From Adineta vaga (Eukaryota > Animalia > Rotifera), in assembly GCA_021613535.1 (NCBI GenBank), contig CP075496.1, positions 12,462,001 through 12,526,000 on the forward strand: a DNA stretch of 64,000 bases. Reading direction: 5' to 3'. Made by a program: the position numbers and the translations under genes. Below, one piece after another: positions 24,239 through 36,075 of the stretch. The notes below the pieces were generated by a model, which saw only the letters and a list, made by a program, of their open reading frames with translations, was not told where the DNA came from and searched no databases. Within the stretch, counting starts at the first letter, position 1. Every line of letters begins with the position of its first letter.

Positions 24239-25643
24239 TTAAAACATCGTCATTAAATTATCAGTTGAATTTTGTTTATCTTCGGATGATTTCCAATCAG
24301 ATGCATTTTGATATTCATCAAAAATACGTAACTAAAATAAATAAATCATTTCATATCAAACTTTCGTTTAATAGCGTCTTTTTACTTTATCTCGAAGTTG
24401 TTGTAATTGTAAAAGAACATAAGATAAATGATTTAAAAGTTCACCAATTGCTTGAACATTTGCTTCCACCTAAATCATCAAAAATTCGAACTTTCTTTAA
24501 CAAGATGATGATCATCATCGATTATCGACATACGGAATGTTTAAAATAACCACTTGATTTGCCTTGTACACTTGTATGATAAACAGCAAATGAAAGTTTT
24601 GAACCTTGAACATAGAAACTAAATGCAATATTTTCTGGAATAGCTGGAGCGAAGATAGACTAAAACAAAACATTTTAATAGAATTAAATCGAAATTTCAT
24701 CTTTTTTTTTTTAATTTTTACGGTATTTTTATTTCGTCGTAAATCATCAATACGTTTTTTCTTTGGTAATAAAAGATTATCTTTAGCATTATTAACACAA
24801 TCAATAATGAGATCAATATATTGCACAGCTTTATAGATTTGGTCGATATTACGTTCGAAATCAGCTAATTCAATGTAACGTAATGCACGTTCAAGATGTT
24901 GTCGACATTCATGTAACTAAATAGAATGATATTTCATCTTTATTCTTTCTACAGATCAAATGTCTTCTCTTACTTGTTGAAGAAACCAATATTTCATCTG
25001 TTGTGTAGCGATATTCGTTCGAAATGCACTGTTCATGGGTGGTTGAACTTTAGTACCAGCTTTGTAAATAACATCCTGAATGAGATTCATTATAATTTAG
25101 AAGAAAAAGAATATTTTATTTACCGCAACAGTAATATCTGATCCGTGCAATGTTAAAGTACATTTAAGTATTTCACTATTTCTAAAAGGAAAAATAATTG
25201 AAAATTGTTGAGAATGAAACGTAATCTATTTATATACTGAGGATGTGTTAAAGATAATACGATAGGTTTAGCAGTTGCATCAGCAGTGACTACTTCGGTT
25301 GCTAGAAGAGAAAGAAAGAGAAAACTATAGAAATGAATACATATGAATAACTTACGATCATCTGAACGTTTCAATGAACGTACTGACGTCTAAGGAATGA
25401 GAATAAATCATAAAATTAAGAAATATTAGCGAGAAAAGTTAAAAATACTTTAAGAATTTCATTAGTTTCATTCAGAATACGATCGAAATCATTCGTCATC
25501 AAATCTTTCAATTCTCCACGCTAAAACAAAGAAGAAAAAGTTTCTCACATTCAACTAAACAAAGAAGATCTGATTTTTCTATAATTACATACCAAAACAT
25601 TACATTCTTCGATTAATTCAAGTTGTTGTTGTTCGTCTTCCAT
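24239..25643 (-). CDS. ROGDI: Rogdi (RAVE/Rabconnectin-3 complex subunit, leucine zipper), multi-exon
   Basis: Spliced motifs YWFLQQ-LHECRQHL, LLLPKKKRIDDL, FAPAIPENIAFSFYVQGSKLSFAVY and QLQQLRDK-LRIF match the Rogdi family pattern. Confidence 0.85.
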
Positions 25644-26496
25644 AATAATATATTTTATCTAAAACCAACACATTAACGAAATGATTCGAAGTCATTACAA
25701 TCATCTATTATCGATATACAAAATATATACTAAAAAAAACCATTCATGCGATAACTAATAAAGAAAAATTGTGTACCCTGACATGAATATAGTCTATTTA
25801 TTATAACGATTTTTAAAGATATTATCTATTCCCTACATTCCAGTAATCGTATAATAGTTAATTATTGTTCATGGTCGATGAGAATTCACATTTAAGTGTT
25901 AGTTTTAACACAATATTTGTAATTTATTCTCTTCTATATAGAATACTCAGTATTAAATGTCAAATAGATGATTTTCAAACTATGAAAAAAAAACTCTGTT
26001 CATAGGAAACATATCTCAAATGAAAGAAATAATATTGACTAATATCCTTCGAATTTGATACTGAAAAATTAATAATCAATACTATCTCTGATTAAATAAT
26101 AATTGCTAATCTTTTTCTTCTGTTTCATACTGTATTTATTTTATTTTTTGTTTTCTTCTCTCATGGATGGTCAATAGAATGAACCAATGAGATGTTTAGC
26201 AGCTAAAATCTTCGGCTAAATAAACCTATATCATCATCGAAGAACGAACAAACGAACAAACGAAGGTGTGCTTTGCTTTGTATATTTATTTCTCTGTCTC
26301 TCTCTCAATGCACACACTCGAAATCCAATATAACGACGAGTAAAAGATAAGCAAACGTTCGTGTGTCTATGCGGAACAACATTTTGAAACAATATTTCAA
26401 GAAATAAAACTCTAAAATAAAACATGTAAGTTAAGAGAAAAAAACAAGATGAAATCTAAAACAGTTATTTGTTGTTTTTTTCTTCGTTTAGTTTCG

Positions 26497-28575
26497 ATGA
26501 TTAACGCTTCACATCTAACTCCACAACAGGTATATACATATAAATAATGTCGAAAGGACAAAAAAACAACGATATCCTTGTATGGTTTTTTTTTCATTAG
26601 GGTAAAGTTGATCCTGAAGAAATATTCGAACGGCATGATCATATTGGTCGAGGATCATTTGGTGTACGTTGTTTTTATTTTTTCAGAAAAATTGAAATTT
26701 GAATAAAATTTGGTTTTTTTTTGTAGGAAGTATATAAAGGTATAAATAAGAAATCATCCAATGTTGTAGCAATTAAAATAATCGATTTGGAAAAAGCTGA
26801 AGATGAAATTGAAGATATTCAACAAGAAATTCAAGTACTTTCCCAGTGTAATTCGCCATATATTACGAAATATTTTGGTTCTTATTTAAAAGTACAAGAA
26901 ATCATTTCGTTTGTTATTTTATTTTGATAATTCTATTTTCTTTCTATAGGGAACGAAATTATGGATTGTTATGGAATATCTCGGTGGTGGTTCAGCACTT
27001 GATCTGATGAAACCAGGTCCATTTGATGAACAGTATATTGCTATTATCTTACGAGAAGTTCTCAAAGGTCTCGAATATTTACATGCAGAGAAAAAGATTC
27101 ATCGAGATATTAAAGCAGCTAATGTTCTCTTATCTGAAAGTGGTGATGTTAAATTAGCTGATTTCGGTGTTGCTAAACAGTTAACAGATTCAATTAGTAA
27201 AGGTAATACATTTGTTGGAACACCATTTTGGATGTCACCAGAAGTTATCATGCAACATAAATATGATTATTCGGTAAATAGATGGAAGATAATAAAGAAA
27301 AGTATATTGAATTCCTTTCTGTTTTATTCTCATTATTAGGCGGATATTTGGTCACTTGGTATAACAGCGATTGAATTAGCAAAAGGTGAACCACCTTATT
27401 CTGATTTACATCCAATGAGAGTTTTATTACAAATACCGAAAAATCCACCACCTCAATTAGTTGGAAATTATTCAAAATTTTTTCGAGAATTTGTTGAAGC
27501 ATGTTTACAAAAGAATCCTGAACATGTACGTAGAATTTCTATGACAAAGAAAGAAAAACATGATTGTAATAACATCTATTTGTCTTGTTTTCTACAGAGA
27601 CCAACAGCTCAACAATTACGTCGTTTAAAATTTGTTTCTTTAAATAAATCAACTAGATTTCTAGTTGAATTAATAGAACGATATCGACGATGGAAAGAAA
27701 ATCATAAAAATGGAGGAGCCGATACTGATTCAGATCCAGATGATGATATGTAAGATAAATCAGTTTGTGACTATGGCGAATAAATAAATATATATACGTG
27801 GATTTTATTTAGGCCAAAAGATAAAACATTTCGATGGAAATTTGATGGTGATGATACGGTTAGATTATCATCTGGAAATGGAATTTATCCTGTACGTATT
27901 GTTTTAGGAATATAGAATACAGAATAGATGTTTCTAATAATAATATTTGATTAGATTAGAAGATAGAATTAGTTGAAGATTAGATCTAAATGATAATGTG
28001 ATATATTCTAATTGAATTAGAGACCATTAGTTTTTCGAAATATACTCATCTTTCATACAGATATTCAACAGTAGTATCAACGAATTGAATGAATTCTGAT
28101 TTCGATATAGATTTTCTCTTAAAATTAACAAAATATTGTATACTTATTTATTTATTTATTTAGCCTGCTGAATCAATTGAATTAAATCCAGTATTTAAAT
28201 CAATTTTTGATGATGTAAGTCTCTTCCTATTCTAATTAATAAAAATAATATATTTCTATTCTTTAGCTTTCTATTCGGTTTAATATCCCGACAGCAACAG
28301 CTAATAATAATTCATCGAATGGTGTTCTACGTAATCCTCACACTGGTGTCGAATTATTCCAAAATTTACGTCGTATATTTGAAAATGCCCAAATGCGTTA
28401 TCCAGGTTTTAGTGACGAATTTATTCGTACAATGCGTGAACATATATCAAAAATCAATTATCCACCACCTCCACCTCCGCCAACAATAGTACCATCATCG
28501 AATAGAAATAATAATTCAACAGCAGATGAGAATAACAGTCAACTGTTACCTGGTGTTGTTAAACTGAGAATTTAA
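26497..28575 (+). CDS. GCK-III Ste20-family Ser/Thr kinase (STK24/STK25/STK26-like), multi-exon
   Basis: [76 protein letters not shown]. Confidence 0.93.
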
Positions 28576-30594
28576 ATTGTCTTATTTCAATGATTCATTT
28601 CGTCTTCTTGATTCTTTTTTTTCTTCTTCTTCAAAAGTATCTCTCTCATTTGCTCGATCAGATAAATCCTTTCTACGAGTGAGATATATTCTTCATTCCC
28701 TTATTATACATATATCGATCTATTATTAATTATTATACTCATATTTATTCAATGTACATATATTTCCATTTTCATTCGTTAATCAACGGCAACATATTGC
28801 ATTCGTTTGTTATCTGCACTTGCTATGGTTCGTTTCTAGAACATCAAACGGAAAAGAAAAAGAAAAAGAAAACATTGCTCTTATTTATATATATAAATAT
28901 ATGTACAACAGTGATTCTATTTTACGTTTCCTTGTTCAATCACCATTAGCTTTCTTTTCTTCTTATGATTCTGGGCAACATTCAACATTTTTGTTCGCTT
29001 TTCGTTGGCCAGCTTGGCTGGAATCGAACTCTTCTTCTTTTTGTTCTATTTTTTTCGTTATTTGCTTCTTCTTCTTCTTCTTCTTCTCCTTTTTTCTTAT
29101 GTACTTGCGATACTTATGAAATGAGAAAAAAAGTCCGCCTTTCGTTTTTTTTTGTTCCTTGTTTCTGGCTAATGATGCTTATTTCAAATATAAAAATCGC
29201 CAAGCTAATAGATCTTCTTAAAAATATATATGCATGATTTTGTTTGGATTTCTTTAGTGAAACAGATTTGTTGAAGTTAAAGTAAACTACAATTATTAGA
29301 ACATTCATATTTGAGAAGAAGAAGAAGAAAGTAGTGACTTCAAATGTTTAGTTTCAAGTAAATAAACATCAAAATTGATCTATGATTATCAAATAAAAGC
29401 ATATGAGTTCTCAAAGCAATGTGAGAATTATTCATTTTATACGTTCAATTTTTTACGTATAAGAGCAATTCATTCATATGATTTGTTCTAGATTGAAATA
29501 GATTTGTTACAAATAATGAATGATCAAATAAACGAAAGTATTGAAAGAGAAGAACAGAATGCGACGAAAGCAACAGCCGATGAAAATGCCAGTGAACTTC
29601 GAAAAGAAGATGGTCAGTCTGAAGTAGTGACGATGAAGTCGTTACTTCTGCATCGAAACCAGAACGTGTACTAGCCAGTTCAACTTCTAAGCCGAATAGT
29701 AAAATTAACCAAGAAAAGCCCGAAATGAATATTCAGCTTCAACGTTAAATACAAGGTTTATATGCATGTATTTATTCAAGCTTATGTTCACATTCCTACA
29801 CTTTTTTGTCTTTGAATGTACTTTCTTTTTTCTATTGTGAGTTATTCATTCGTTCGTATGTTCGCTATTCTCGCAACGTTTTAGTGGATAAAAATAAAAT
29901 AGTTTTGACCTTCTCTTTCGTTCAATCTCTCGAAATTCAAAGAGAACATAGATAAAATGATGGGCTTTCGTTCTTTCTCTTCATTATATGAACACATGAA
30001 TGTTATTTTGTACATCTATGTGCTTTATTTACTAATATAATTGTGTGAGATGTGATGTAGTAAGAGAAAGAAAGAGAAAAAGAAAAAGAAAAAGAAACTC
30101 AAATAACTGATATCATACTCTTGATGCACATGTTTTTCTTTCCATAAAATCACATTATTAAAAAAAAAAGAAAATTTCCATCGCTGCGGCTAATCAAGCA
30201 TGCAGTGAAATGTCTAACGTTTTTGTTTTCATTTTTTTATTCATCTCGGACAGCGGCGAGACAAGAAAAGAATGTACGTCTATATATATATACATACAGA
30301 GAAGCAGAAACAAGAGAAAAGTTTGGATAACACACAAATATAGTTATAGTAATAGCAATATAGCAAATATAGTAGTATCGGCGTTTACAATACGCCTTAC
30401 GTACGAAACAAAGAAGAAGGAGAAAACAAGACAACATCGAAATAGAATAGAAGACGAAATAAGGAGTATATTATCTGCAATGAATGATGAGATATAGAAT
30501 GAAGATATGTCTACAGGATACACACGCACGAAAAAATAGATGTTATACCATTATATATATACAAGTTTTTTTTTCTCTCTCTCAAATAATTAGT

Positions 30595-31664
30595 TTACTT
30601 TTTGCTTGCAGCTTTTTTTGGACTTTTGGCTTTCTTTGCTGCTGGTTTCTTCGCTGCTTTTTTGGCTGGTTTAGCTGCAGTACTAGACGATGCACTAGCA
30701 GGAGCAGCAGTACTTGCAGTCGCCGATGCAGATGGTGCAGCAGCAGCAGCAGCAGCAGCAGCAGGTTTCTTAGATTTCGATTTGGATGCACCGGCAGCTT
30801 TCTTCTTTGGTGAAGCTGCTTTCTTCTTTGGACTCTTGGCTTTTCCACTGCCTGCAGCTTTTGGTTTAGCAGCTGCTTTTGATTTTGGTTTAGCTAGAAA
30901 AAAACGAAGATTATTATTTTCTTCCTCATTGTTTTTATTATTCAAATCAACTAACCTGTTTTAGCTTTTTTTGCAGTTGTTGCTGTCTTCTTGGCCGCTG
31001 TACTTGCAGCAGTGGTAGCAGGTGCTGCTGTATTTGTTGATGTATTGGCATCGGTTGCTGCAGTTGCACTGGTATTAGCTTTGACAACTTTCTTTGCTGC
31101 TGCTACTTTCTTTGTTGGAGACGCGGAACGTTTTCGTTTAGCTCCACCAGCCGACTTTCCTTTGCTTGATGATCGTGCTTTCTTTGGTGAACCAGCAGCT
31201 TTCTTACTTCCACCTGGTGTCTTTGATCGACTACGTGGTTTCGATGAAGAAGCTTTCTTCGATGCTGGCTTCTTTTTGCTAGCTGTTGATGTAACTTTCT
31301 TTGCTGGTGCTGATAATTTAAAACTTCCACTAGCACCAATACCTTTGGTTTGTTTTAACGAATTATTTTTTGTACCAGCACGTAATGCAGATTTAAGATG
31401 TTGATTTGCAGTAGCAACATTGACTTTGAAATTAGCTAGAATATATTTTAAAATAGCTGCTTTCGATGTACCATTACGATCATTCAATTGTGTGATTGCT
31501 TGTTTAATCATAGCGGAGAATTTTGGATGGCTGCTTGCACTTTTGACTTTTTTGGCTTTATTTGCTGATGAACCAGCAGCAGCTTTCTTCTTACCTTTTG
31601 AAGCACCACCTTGAGCTGATGCAGATGTATTAAGATTTGATGAACCAGTAGTATTATCAGTCAT
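30595..31664 (-). CDS. Linker histone H1/H5-family protein, about 335 aa, one intron (30894-30955)
   Basis: Winged-helix globular domain HPKFSAMIKQAITQLNDRNGTSKAAILKYI...QTKGIGASGSFKL and a K/A/S-rich tail with SPKK motifs. Confidence 0.93.
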
Positions 31665-32783
31665 TGTTATTGAATTAATAAAGATTTCTTTTTTGAAAAA
31701 AGATGAAATGAATATGAAGCAGAAAAAATTTGTATATGTAGTATGTGTGCGCGCGCGAGAGAGCGATGTCGATAGAATGAATGAAAATGATGGTGGTAAT
31801 GTTGGTGTATGTGCGTCGTCGTCGACGTCGTTGCCTTTTTTTCCTCTCCTTCCTTCTCCCGAACGACTCGAACCGCACATAGGACGCCTTTTGTCGTTCG
31901 AACTATCATTAGATTGTTCAAGCCTTCTTTGAAAAATTGCAAATATTTTCATAAAATTTAATTAAATAAAAAAGACTTTTTTCTCTCATCAGATAGAAAA
32001 GACTTTCTTCTATCGAATGATACTAAATATAGAAAGAAATATGTATAATAATATTGAAAAAAAGCAGTAAAAATACGACGAACAAGATGAGTGCGAGTGA
32101 ATATTTGCCAAGAATTTAATTATTTTATTGAAATTAAAAAACTTTTTTTTTCAAACATTAACATAATTTGATAGAGAAAAGTGTCTTCTTTCGAATGGCT
32201 ATTGAAAAATTTTCAAACTCGTTCAAACGCGAAGGCAATTTTGGCAAAAAGCGAAGGATCTCGTGAACAAAATGGCCATACAAGAAATAATACAAGACGC
32301 ATCGACAATGTATTGCAATAGAGCATCATCGACGATGTTGTTGCCAGTTATTACTTATGTTCTTAGGTTAGATTATATTCAGGATGGATTTAGAAAACCT
32401 TTCCAAATCTTTTCTACACAAAATCGTTCCTTGATTTTAATGAATAAGGATAAATTTCATTATTAACATAAATGACAGTAATCTTCCGATCACATTTCTA
32501 ATAACTCAAAATGATTAAGTCAATCGAATATTATTATTGTTTATGTAATGATCGTATGTAATCAGTATTTCTAACAGCTTATGCAAATATCTTCTGCGAA
32601 GTGTTTAAAAAAACTGATTCGTTCTACTTCTTTCACTTTCAGTTCGAAAAATTAAAATAACAAAACTAAAAACAATCTATCGTTCATTGACAAGCGTAAA
32701 TAACGTCTTTTCTTTATCTTGAATATGCGATTGTATGTTTTAATCTACTATCGACCAACATATCGTTCAATGTAGTAAATGAA

Positions 32784-32814
<31 letters not shown>

Positions 32815-34656
32815 CTTCCTATCGATGTTTATATCCCTAGGAAAAGATGTTCTGTTGTTCGGAGGTGGTCTAATCAAATCGATATGCTATAACCAATGAT
32901 TAGAGTATCATGTCTTTTTTGAATAGAGAACATACATTATTGTCAAGGTCAAATAGAGGGAAAATAAACAGAGTTTTTCTTTCCTATTGGAAGTATTTCA
33001 AATCGTAAAGATGATTAGTTTTTTGATTTTAGTTGATGTAAAAATGAACATTATTTATTGGAAATGGAACTTTTGTTAGTATAGAAAATAGCACGTCCAT
33101 GAAAAGATGAGATGTGAATATAATTCATTCATATGAGTGTTTGTGACGAATGTTTATCTTAGTGAAATTCTGACACTTGATAGTGATGCTATTATGTCAT
33201 CAAAGTGCAATGAAAACGACAACATCTTAATTGTCATGGTTAAGAAGAAAAATTCGATTGAACACGTTGAATATATGTCTATCTCTCTATAGGAACAATG
33301 AAGATAAGCGTGAGAAAATTTTGTTTTTCTTTTACACATGTTGTTTTCCATTTTGAAAGGCAAGAGAAATCAAACTGTGAAATGAAAACGAAAGACATGA
33401 AGATATTAATTGAATTATTCATTTAGATTTTAACAAAAGCATAACATAGGTTTATCTAATAGAGATATTTATCACTAAGCTTTGAATATAAAACAAGATT
33501 GACAAGATGATAGAGTTAATAATTTTATCATGGCTTTTTTTCTTCTAAAATCACAAATTCTTTTCATAGAAATCTTTTTTTTCAATGACTCCAAGTATGA
33601 TTGGTTTCTTTTCAATAATTTACCTATGTAATTACTTTCTTAATTTGACATATTGTATAATTTAATAGCATATTTATGTACTGTTTTCAAACTGACATAT
33701 AAATTCGGTTGTTTAGTCATAAAATGGAGTTGGGAGAAACATGCTTTTTCGTAATCAAATTGAGTCCATGGAGTTCTATTCTTATTATGTATCGATAGAA
33801 TGATATACCAAGATTATTTATATATAAATTCAATGAAATCTGCATCGTTTTATGAACAATTTTCCAAGTAATTTTTTTTTCTGTCAATCTGTCTTATAAT
33901 AACTGTGTTAATCTTCAGTGACAATAAGAATAAATCTAGTGGAAAGATTGTTATCTCAAATGTATTGAATTGTTCAAACCAAGAGAAAACATCAACTATG
34001 ATTTTTAAAATTATTAAAATTTAAGAATAAACATTTAAACAGACGATTTGATATAAATGTATGATTAATAATATAAACATAATTATCAGGTAAGAATAAT
34101 CTATCTGATGATAAAATCCTATTTGCTATAATCATTAAATCTAACTATTTATCACTCAAAATCAATTGACATTGATATTTTCTTCATCAATTCAATCAAT
34201 CATTCTAAATCAATCATAAAATGTCAAATTAAAAATATATTGACCGAAAAATATCATTTACCATTTCAAATAAAAAACATCTTTTTCTCTTCTTTTCATC
34301 TTCAAATCATTTGATACATTTATATGTCTCTTTTATGCATCAACTATCTCACCAGTTTATTCATAGACTAAAATAAATACAATAAAATGCCTCACATACA
34401 CACCATCATTCACTTTACAACAAATAGGTTCATTTGGTTCCCTGAATGAAATAAATTTTGGTTTTTGACGCAAAGAAAAGAACAGAAAAAAAGAGAAGTT
34501 ATAAGATACATCACTGTTGAACTTTCTTGTTTTTTTTTCGAATAAATCGGTTTAAACAAAAACAGACGAATAAAAATACTCTTGAAAATTCACACGAACA
34601 CACGCAAACAAATCATTCACAATCAAGAAAAACGACAGAAAACAAAAGGCAAATGT

Positions 34657-36075
34657 TCAAACAAATATTAATAGTATATTTGTTAAAATGATTGTGAATA
34701 TTGATGATGAGAGCAAAGATAAAGATGAAAAAAGATTTTCTTTCGATCGACGTTGCATATTAGTTGGATCTAATGATGAACGTAGAGCAAATAAAGGATT
34801 GCGTGTATTCTCTAAACAAAAAAGAAGAAGAAATGAATAAGAAGTTAATCAACATTAGTTGAAAATATAGTGGAACATTAGAGTGACAATCAAGACAAAA
34901 GAGAATCTTGCTGAGAAATGTATGAAGTCAAATCTCTTGAGAATGAATAACGGGTACTCTTATTATCATCATCATCATTTGTCTATTGTCGTGTTCTTTT
35001 CAAGCGTGTTACATACCAAGAACCTTGACATGAAAAAGTTTTGATATTGGTTTAATTGCTGTTAAGACACAACTATAATAACCTTGATCTGCTTCGCGAA
35101 CATTTCGTATTTCCAAATTCCAATATTCACGATTATCTCGTTCAATCATATGTGTTAAATGATATCGACTAAATGGAGTATATTTCAATAGATCAACAAA
35201 TAAGAGATTCGTTAATTTCTGTGATTCATTCATAAATGTTATACGTGACCATGTAACCTAAGAAAAAAAACAATAAATTAGATAAATAGAAATTAATAAA
35301 GATGAATATTTACATGATGTCGATTTTTATTTTGTATTATACAAGATAATTTGGCTGTATGATTAACATAGGTTATAATTTCATCTTGTGTGGAGACAAT
35401 TTCAGCTTCGGTACTAGCTGATGTGCCATCAACTTGAAAGAATATAAACAAAAAACCGTTAAAAAAATGAACACTTGACTCGACAAGGTCTCTGTCTGTC
35501 TGTCTAACGATTTGATGATGATGATGATGATGTAAGTGAAAAGAAAGAAAGCAAAAGTTCAACTCCGGCAAAATTCTTTTCATCTTTATGAACTATATCT
35601 AGTCAATGACATATGTTCCCGTGAGAAAGACGAGAAAAGTGACATATTGCTTGTATGCATAACATCCTATGATCGATGAAAATCGATCAGTCAAAAGAGA
35701 CGCAGCAATCAGAAAAAGTTATCGATGTATTTATTCGTTCATCGTAGAATTTCTAATTGGAAAAAAGAGAAGAGAGGTGTCATTTGGTTTTAATGAACAT
35801 CAGTCATAGAAGTGGGCGATGCATCCAGCTGTGTGTATCTTGCCTCAAGGTTTTTCATTTCTTTTTATTTCGAAAGAAAACTTATTAAATGAATCTATAT
35901 ATATATATATATATGTATGTATATATCTATCTGTATGAAGAAACAAAGATAGATAGATATGTATTTAGACATACTTACCGATAAGTAAAGTCATCACAAT
36001 AGAAAAAAGAAGACAAGTAAGTGTTGCTCGTCGAACAATAGTAGCAGCCGTTAATGTCTGCTGTTTACATTCCAT
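34657..36075 (-). CDS. Single Ig-domain cell-surface protein, probably GPI-anchored (Dpr/ZIG/IgLON-like); exons about 36075-35979, 35432-35314, 35257-35017, 34811-34657
   Basis: Signal peptide exon, then AKLSCII..HVTW..WNLEIRNVREADQGYYSC (Ig V/I-set), and a hydrophobic C-terminus that runs to the stop codon. Confidence 0.78.

Noticed and set aside
30484-31614. Long plus-strand Ala/Phe-rich ORFs
   Set aside because: They are antisense shadows of the Lys/Ala-rich H1 coding sequence.
31665-31952. 96-codon N-terminal extension of H1 in the ORF track
   Set aside because: It runs through promoter-like and low-complexity sequence. The Met at 31664 gives a normal H1 N-terminus.
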